This document shows positions 58,962-64,000 of a stretch of 64,000 nucleotides of DNA, in pieces (position 1 is the stretch's first letter; each line of letters begins with the position of its first letter). Position numbers and translations under genes: made by a program. The stretch is from Oscillospiraceae bacterium (GTDB taxonomy: Bacteria; Bacillota; Clostridia; UBA1212; SIG427), in the NCBI GenBank assembly GCA_015069135.1, contig SVJE01000002.1, forward strand, positions 105,953 to 169,952. Reading direction: 5' to 3'. The notes beneath the pieces are model-generated. The model did no database searches. It was not told the DNA's origin and worked only from the letters and a program-made list of their open reading frames with translations.

Positions 58962-59207
58962 TTAAGATTTTCTCAATTCTTCAAGACAATCTTTACATAC
59001 CATGTGACCTTTGAAGTATATGGTGTCCCCGGCGTTACCACAGAAAGTGCAAGCAGGCTCGTATTTTTTCAAGAGTATGCTGTCACCGTCTACATATATT
59101 TCAAGAGAGTCTTTTTCTGATATGCCTAAAGTGCGACGTAACTCAATAGGTAAAACAACACGTCCTAAATCGTCAACACGACGTACAATTCCAGTGGACT
59201 TAATCAT
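58962..59207 (-). CDS. abrB: AbrB/SpoVT-family transition-state regulator with a C-terminal CxxC...CxxC tail
   Basis: MIKSTGIVRRVDDLGRVVLPIELRRTLGI is a canonical AbrB swapped-hairpin N-domain. Terminator at 58924-58948. Confidence 0.75.
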   Translation of the reverse strand: MIKSTGIVRRVDDLGRVVLPIELRRTLGISEKDSLEIYVDGDSILLKKYEPACTFCGNAGDTIYFKGHMVCKDCLEELRKS

Positions 59208-59383
59208 GAAAGCTGCCTCCTTCGTTTTTTAATGCCAACACATTATCATCATACTAATATAATTTAAAAAGTTTGTCAATAATTTCAAAAAAAATTACTA
59301 AATTTCAAGAAAAAATGCATAATTTTTGATATTTTTCCATAAATATATAAATATTTTTACTAAAAAAGGAAAAAGGTGGTAAA

Positions 59384-59959
59384 ATGCTTAACGCGGTTTG
59401 GCTATGTATGTTGGTGGTTGGAATCGGTTACGGATGCTTCAACGGAACTCTTTCGGAAACAGGAAATGCTCTTCTGGAAAGTGGTGGAAGTGCTGTTACT
59501 TTTGTGATAAGTATAATAGGAGTTACGGCTTTGTGGAGCGGTTTGTTGGAGGTTTTTCAAAAAGCCGGAGGAATCGTTTTTTTTTCACGGATAATAAGAA
59601 AACCAATAAGGTTCCTTTTACCGGGATGCAAGAACAACTTTGAAGCAGAAAAACAAGTGATCACCAATATAGCAGCTAATTTTTTTGGCCTTGGAAACGG
59701 AGCTACACCATCGGGTATTGAGGCGGTAAAAGAACTTCAACGATATAACGGTACCGACAATGCCACTTTTTCTGTAGGTATGTTTCTTGTTATGAATTCG
59801 GCTGCCTTTCAATTACTGCCTACAACAGTTTTGGCGCTAAGAACTGCTGCCGGAAGTAATTCGCCGACAGATATAATATTTCCGGTATGGATTGCATCTG
59901 CTGCGTCGTTAATAACAGGCATAGTTGTTTACCGGTTAATATCACGGAGGGTAAAATGA
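59384..59959 (+). CDS. spmA: Spore maturation protein A (nucleoside-recognition-domain membrane protein)
   Basis: MLNAVWLCMLVVGIGYG...; the spmA-spmB pair overlaps at ATGA. Confidence 0.75.
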   Translation: MLNAVWLCMLVVGIGYGCFNGTLSETGNALLESGGSAVTFVISIIGVTALWSGLLEVFQKAGGIVFFSRIIRKPIRFLLPGCKNNFEAEKQVITNIAANFFGLGNGATPSGIEAVKELQRYNGTDNATFSVGMFLVMNSAAFQLLPTTVLALRTAAGSNSPTDIIFPVWIASAASLITGIVVYRLISRRVK

Positions 59960-60465
59960 GTTTTATTTCCATAATACTTCTACCTTTTTTTGTTCTTGTA
60001 ATTCTATTATCCGCCTGGGTAAAAGGCACGGATTACTTTACTGATTTTACAGTCGGTGCAAAAAAGGGAATCTCTGCTATGGCAGGCATTTTACCGTCAC
60101 TTATAGGTTTGTTTGCGGCAATTACCGTGTTCCGAGCATCGGGAGCTATGGATGCAGTGGTGGCGATACTGGCTCCTTTGGGAAAATTCTTGGGAATTGA
60201 AAGCCCTTTGATTCCGTTGGTGCTTATGAGACCGGTATCCGGAAGTGCTTCACTTACAATTTTACAGGATATAACAACAACCTTTGGACCGGACAGTAAT
60301 GTAGGGAGAGCTGCTGCAGTTATGATGGGTTCCACAGAAACTGTTATATACACTTTGGCTGTATATATGAGTGGCAATGGCATAAAAAAGGCTCCGGGCG
60401 TGATGTTTTCTGCATTAATGGCGAATCTGGTTTCATCATTACTTGCTTGTTGGCTATGTTCGTAA
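59956..60465 (+). CDS. spmB: Spore maturation protein B
   Basis: GGAGGG RBS. The ATG overlaps the spmA stop. Polytopic. Confidence 0.75.
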   Translation: MSFISIILLPFFVLVILLSAWVKGTDYFTDFTVGAKKGISAMAGILPSLIGLFAAITVFRASGAMDAVVAILAPLGKFLGIESPLIPLVLMRPVSGSASLTILQDITTTFGPDSNVGRAAAVMMGSTETVIYTLAVYMSGNGIKKAPGVMFSALMANLVSSLLACWLCS

Positions 60466-61209
60466 AATGGTTTTTACAATAGCTCCTGTTTTTTTGTCAA
60501 AATAGTAGAGTTTGTAACCATCGAAATAAGGATATTCTTCTAAGGAAACACACTTATTAATCCACCTGAAAAGTTGATTACCTACGGACTGGGGTCTGGT
60601 CCCCGGTATACCAAGTATAAAGTATTTTTTTTGGATTTCGGTGGGTGCATACAGTCCTGTGAGAATATGATGATATTTTGGAAAAGCTAACTTTATTTCT
60701 TTAACAATTTCAGGAAAAGGTACTATATTTTCTTCCGCAAGGGTGCTTTTTAAAGCTGCAAGAGTTTCAACTTTGCCCCAGGAATAAGATGGGTTTGTAG
60801 TTTTAAAAGGATCAAAAGAATGATTAGACCCCATTGGTTCCTTTTTTTCTTTTTTTGGAATTTGAGTATGTAAGATAATTTCGTTATTGGAATTCATAAC
60901 TGCAAAACCATCAAATTTCAAGACGGGGGGCAGACCCCCGTCTTGAAAAGATGTATCTAAAAATCCTTTTAGGCCATGTGGTGTTTTGGATAAAAATATT
61001 TTACCGAGAATAAAAGGTTCCTCGATATTTAGGGAATCCCAGAGACATAATGAAACAAATTGTCCCACTTCAAAAGACAAATGTTCGACTACACATTGGA
61101 TTTTAATAAAGCTTTTGACGTGTCGAATAAAAACAAACCCCTTGCTTTGATGCAAGACAGGGGGCAGACCCCCGTCCTGAAAAAAGTGATAGCCAGCTTT
61201 AAGTTCCAT
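60454..61209 (-). CDS. Hypothetical 251-aa protein carrying two in-frame copies of the 27-bp GC-rich palindrome (each encoding QDGGLPPVL)
   Basis: Strong AAGGAGG RBS 9 nt upstream of the ATG. The ORF remains open across both GC-rich insertions. Confidence 0.35.
   Translation of the reverse strand: MELKAGYHFFQDGGLPPVLHQSKGFVFIRHVKSFIKIQCVVEHLSFEVGQFVSLCLWDSLNIEEPFILGKIFLSKTPHGLKGFLDTSFQDGGLPPVLKFDGFAVMNSNNEIILHTQIPKKEKKEPMGSNHSFDPFKTTNPSYSWGKVETLAALKSTLAEENIVPFPEIVKEIKLAFPKYHHILTGLYAPTEIQKKYFILGIPGTRPQSVGNQLFRWINKCVSLEEYPYFDGYKLYYFDKKTGAIVKTILRT
60919..60945. repeat. 27-bp GC-rich palindrome CAAGACGGGGGGCAGACCCCCGTCTTG (copy inside CDS 60454..61209)
   Basis: Read directly from the sequence. 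In frame and stop-free in all six frames. Confidence 0.8.
61153..61179. repeat. 27-bp GC-rich palindrome CAAGACAGGGGGCAGACCCCCGTCCTG (second copy inside CDS 60454..61209)
   Basis: Read directly from the sequence. In frame. Confidence 0.8.
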
Positions 61210-61302
61210 GGTTTACAACCTCCTTTTTTTAAAATATATGACAAGCTTTTCGGAATATGACGGACAACATGCGAATAGAATGCTACAGGAGGTATACAGG
61301 CT

Positions 61303-63678
61303 ATGTTTGAAAAGTTCAAAGGGTTGTCTTCGGCAAAAGCTGCGCAATTGTTAAGACAATATGGAAAAAATCAATTGGAAGATAAAAAGAAAAAGTCACC
61401 GATTAAACTTTTTCTTAATCAATTCACCGATATAATGGTAATAATTTTACTTGTTTGTACAATGATTTCAGCATTTCTCAACGACTGGATTGAAGCTATA
61501 GTGATGATTGCCATAGTGGTAATGAATGCTATTCTTGGTTTTATACAAGAATTCAGAACGGAAAAAACCATTGAAGCGTTGAATAAAATGAATAGCGCTA
61601 AGGCCACGGTTGTCCGAGACGGAAAACGAAAACAGGTTCCGGCAGATCAGCTTGTCCCCGGAGATGTTTGTCTGATTTTTACCGGTAATAAAGTGCCGGC
61701 GGATGGTAAAATTTTATCCGGTGAAGGACTTAGCTTTGACGAAGCAATACTTACAGGAGAGTCTGAACCCATAAGTAAAAATCAAGGTGAGGTTTTCATG
61801 GGAAGTTCAGTGCTTTCTGGCCATGGTGTAATCGAGATTATCTCTACCGGAAAAAATACAGAAATGGGTAAAATATCAAATTTAATACAGGAAGAAGATG
61901 CCGGAAATACACCATTACAAAAAAGATTAGCCAGAATGGGTAAATACATCGTGATTGCTTGCCTTATTGTCTGTATAGTGGTAACCATAGCCGGTCTGAT
62001 AAAAGGCACTGACCTTATTACTATGCTTCTTACCGGAATAAGTCTTGCAGCTGCCGCTGTACCTGAAGGATTGCCGGCAATAGTAACAATAGCGCTTACG
62101 TTGGGCGTAGGCCGGATGGCTATAAGAGGCGCCTTGGTACGAAGACTTCCGGCAGTGGAAACATTAGGTTCAACACAGGTAATCTGTTCAGACAAAACCG
62201 GAACATTAACCCAAAATCGAATGGCTGTAAAAGAAGTCCGAATATTCAGCAATATAGTTCCCATAGAAGATATTTTACGAGAATGCAACAACAAGGCAGA
62301 TAGTACAGAAAAAGCGTTGCTGGAATATTTTACCGAGAACTCAGGGGAAAAATATACCCGGTTGAAAGAAATTCCCTTTGACTCTGTTCGTAAAATGATG
62401 GAAGTTGAGGTTGAGAATTCCAGGGGACAACGAATGATATTTATAAAAGGTGCCCCTGAAAAACTGATTCCATCTACAGACACTAGGGCTTTGGCAGAAT
62501 GTCGCAAAATGGCGGAAAAAGGGCTGAGAATACTAGCTGCAGCATGTAAAACCCAAGACAGGGGGCAGACCCCCGTCCTGGTTGGTTTGGTTGGTTTGGC
62601 GGATCCCATAAGGCCTGAGGCAAAGACTGCTGTTGAAGAATGTAGAAATGCCGGCATCAAGACTGTGATGATTACAGGAGACCATAAATTGACGGCAAAA
62701 ACCATAGGAAAAGAATTGGGAATTTTACAGGAAGACAATCATATTCTGACAGGAGCGCAGTTGGATAACTTATCTGATAAAGAACTGGCGGAAAAGATTT
62801 CTCAAGTATCTGTTTTTGCCAGGGTACAACCAGCTCACAAATTAAGGATCGTAAAGGCATATCAGGCACAGGGCCTTGTTGTGGCAATGACAGGTGATGG
62901 TGTGAATGATGCTCCGGCTGTAAAAGCTGCGGATATAGGAATTGCTATGGGAGTAAACGGTACGGATGTAACGAGAGAAGCTTCGGATATGGTTTTAACA
63001 GATGATAATTTCGCAACTATTGCAGAGGCAGTTAAAGAAGGCAGGGGCATTTATGATAATATTAAAAAGTTTGTAAGATATATGCTGGCCTGCAACCTGG
63101 GTGAAGTTGTTACAATGTTTGCCGGAATACTGTGCGGTTTGCCATTGCCTCTGTTTCCCATTCAGGTGTTGTGGGTAAATCTGGCTACTGATGGTTTACC
63201 TGGAATTGCCTTGGGAATGGATAATGTGGAAGATGACATAATGAAAAGACCCCCGATTCCTCCAAAAGAAGGAATTTTTCACGGTAAAATGCTTCGTCAG
63301 ATTATAACGAGAGGTATTCTTATAGGTGGGTGCACATTAGGGGCTTTTTGTACACTGTCTTTTACAGGTGAAAAATTGGAAATAGCAAGAACTGCAGCTT
63401 TTGTGACCTTAGTGCTTACCCAGCTGGTGCACTCTTTTGAATGCCGGGAAAACCCGGACATAAGGGGAAATCTGTTTCTTGTGGCTTCGGTTGCATTGTC
63501 GTTTCTTATGATGTTGGCGGTTGTGTATATTCCGGCAATGCAGAGCATTTTTCACACATGCACTCTGGGTATATGGCACTGGGGAATAATATGTGGTTTT
63601 ACTGCTGTTGTGCCTTTGTTGGGCGGGCTTTTGGAAAGCATTTTTTCCTTTAGTAAAAAAGCCGGAAAATCCCTGTAA
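61303..63678 (+). CDS. P-type cation-transporting ATPase (type IIA, Ca2+-ATPase-like) carrying an in-frame 9-codon palindrome insertion
   Basis: DKTGTLT phosphorylation motif, TGES, MITGDHKLTA and VAMTGDGVNDAPAVKAADIGIAMG. GGAGG RBS. Confidence 0.85.
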   Translation: MFEKFKGLSSAKAAQLLRQYGKNQLEDKKKKSPIKLFLNQFTDIMVIILLVCTMISAFLNDWIEAIVMIAIVVMNAILGFIQEFRTEKTIEALNKMNSAKATVVRDGKRKQVPADQLVPGDVCLIFTGNKVPADGKILSGEGLSFDEAILTGESEPISKNQGEVFMGSSVLSGHGVIEIISTGKNTEMGKISNLIQEEDAGNTPLQKRLARMGKYIVIACLIVCIVVTIAGLIKGTDLITMLLTGISLAAAAVPEGLPAIVTIALTLGVGRMAIRGALVRRLPAVETLGSTQVICSDKTGTLTQNRMAVKEVRIFSNIVPIEDILRECNNKADSTEKALLEYFTENSGEKYTRLKEIPFDSVRKMMEVEVENSRGQRMIFIKGAPEKLIPSTDTRALAECRKMAEKGLRILAAACKTQDRGQTPVLVGLVGLADPIRPEAKTAVEECRNAGIKTVMITGDHKLTAKTIGKELGILQEDNHILTGAQLDNLSDKELAEKISQVSVFARVQPAHKLRIVKAYQAQGLVVAMTGDGVNDAPAVKAADIGIAMGVNGTDVTREASDMVLTDDNFATIAEAVKEGRGIYDNIKKFVRYMLACNLGEVVTMFAGILCGLPLPLFPIQVLWVNLATDGLPGIALGMDNVEDDIMKRPPIPPKEGIFHGKMLRQIITRGILIGGCTLGAFCTLSFTGEKLEIARTAAFVTLVLTQLVHSFECRENPDIRGNLFLVASVALSFLMMLAVVYIPAMQSIFHTCTLGIWHWGIICGFTAVVPLLGGLLESIFSFSKKAGKSL
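62554..62580. repeat. 27-bp GC-rich palindrome CAAGACAGGGGGCAGACCCCCGTCCTG inside the ATPase gene, encoding QDRGQTPVL in the hinge region before LVGLADPIRPE
   Basis: Identical in sequence to the copy at 61153-61179. In frame with the ATPase. Confidence 0.8.
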
Positions 63679-63758
63679 AATGTTATTTTGTATTGACAGA
63701 AACCCACGGACAGAGTATTATTAATGTAGTATTTTATTAGAAATATACGGAGGTATTT

Positions 63759-64000
63759 ATGAAAAAGTCTTTAATTGTAATTATGGCAGTTATCATGGTA
63801 GTGACTTGCTTATTCGCAGGCTGTGAGAAGAAGCCTGAAGAGCCTGTAGTTACACCAAAAGTTGCCGGTGTTCCTGAGGAACCAGCTGCTCCTACAACGA
63901 AGGTAGAAGTTGATGAGAAAAAAGGTAAGGATTATACAACTATTGAGTTCGGCAGATATCCGTCAACAGAACTTGATGCCAAGAAGGATGCTGATATCAT
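63759..64000 (+). CDS. Lipoprotein, N-terminal part (continues past the window end)
   Basis: ACGGAGGT RBS. MKKSLIVIMAVIMVVTCLFAGC has the lipobox LFAGC. Confidence 0.4.
   Translation, partial: MKKSLIVIMAVIMVVTCLFAGCEKKPEEPVVTPKVAGVPEEPAAPTTKVEVDEKKGKDYTTIEFGRYPSTELDAKKDADI

Noticed and set aside
61782-62738. 318-aa minus-strand ORF inside the P-type ATPase gene
   Set aside because: Antisense to a gene with canonical P-type motifs and no RBS. Spurious.

Overview
This is a low-GC (~37%) Firmicutes/Clostridia chromosomal window. It carries sporulation genes (spmA/spmB, ypeB-like, abrB-like) and a dockerin-bearing secreted protein, which points to a cellulosome-producing spore-former. Gene content runs in order: (1) a ~11 kb exopolysaccharide/capsule biosynthesis locus, bp 1-11150; (2) a small accessory island next to tRNA-Pro with a MerR regulator, a HigB/HigA-like toxin-antitoxin pair and the first of two paralogous ~635-aa carbohydrate-enzyme-like genes; (3) an ABC-F ATPase, DedA, a dockerin protein and cell-surface proteins; (4) a perR-reverse-rubrerythrin operon; (5) an intergenic block holding two tandem ~334-bp copies of a structured element that encodes a 28-aa hydrophobic peptide with a convergent antisense promoter, which I read as a candidate type I toxin-antitoxin; (6) the conserved radical-SAM/DUF4130 pair, a small Cys-rich peptide gene and the second paralogue; (7) a consensus promoter and terminator that bracket an ORF-less purine-rich ~500-nt region, a candidate ncRNA; (8) hflX with an N-terminal JAB/RadC-like extension, then yigZ, yebC, rpiB, split transketolase, luxS, LamG-like lipoproteins, an esterase, a GT39-like membrane glycosyltransferase, yhbY, pspA, ypeB-like, an LCP protein, an ABC/GldG/DUF4340 operon, spmAB and a P-type ATPase. 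The most unusual sequence-level signals are the tandem candidate type I TA and a family of 27-bp GC-rich palindromes. Three copies of the palindrome sit in-frame inside coding genes as 9-codon insertions, and related copies lie intergenically. All calls come from reading the sequence; no database searches were run.
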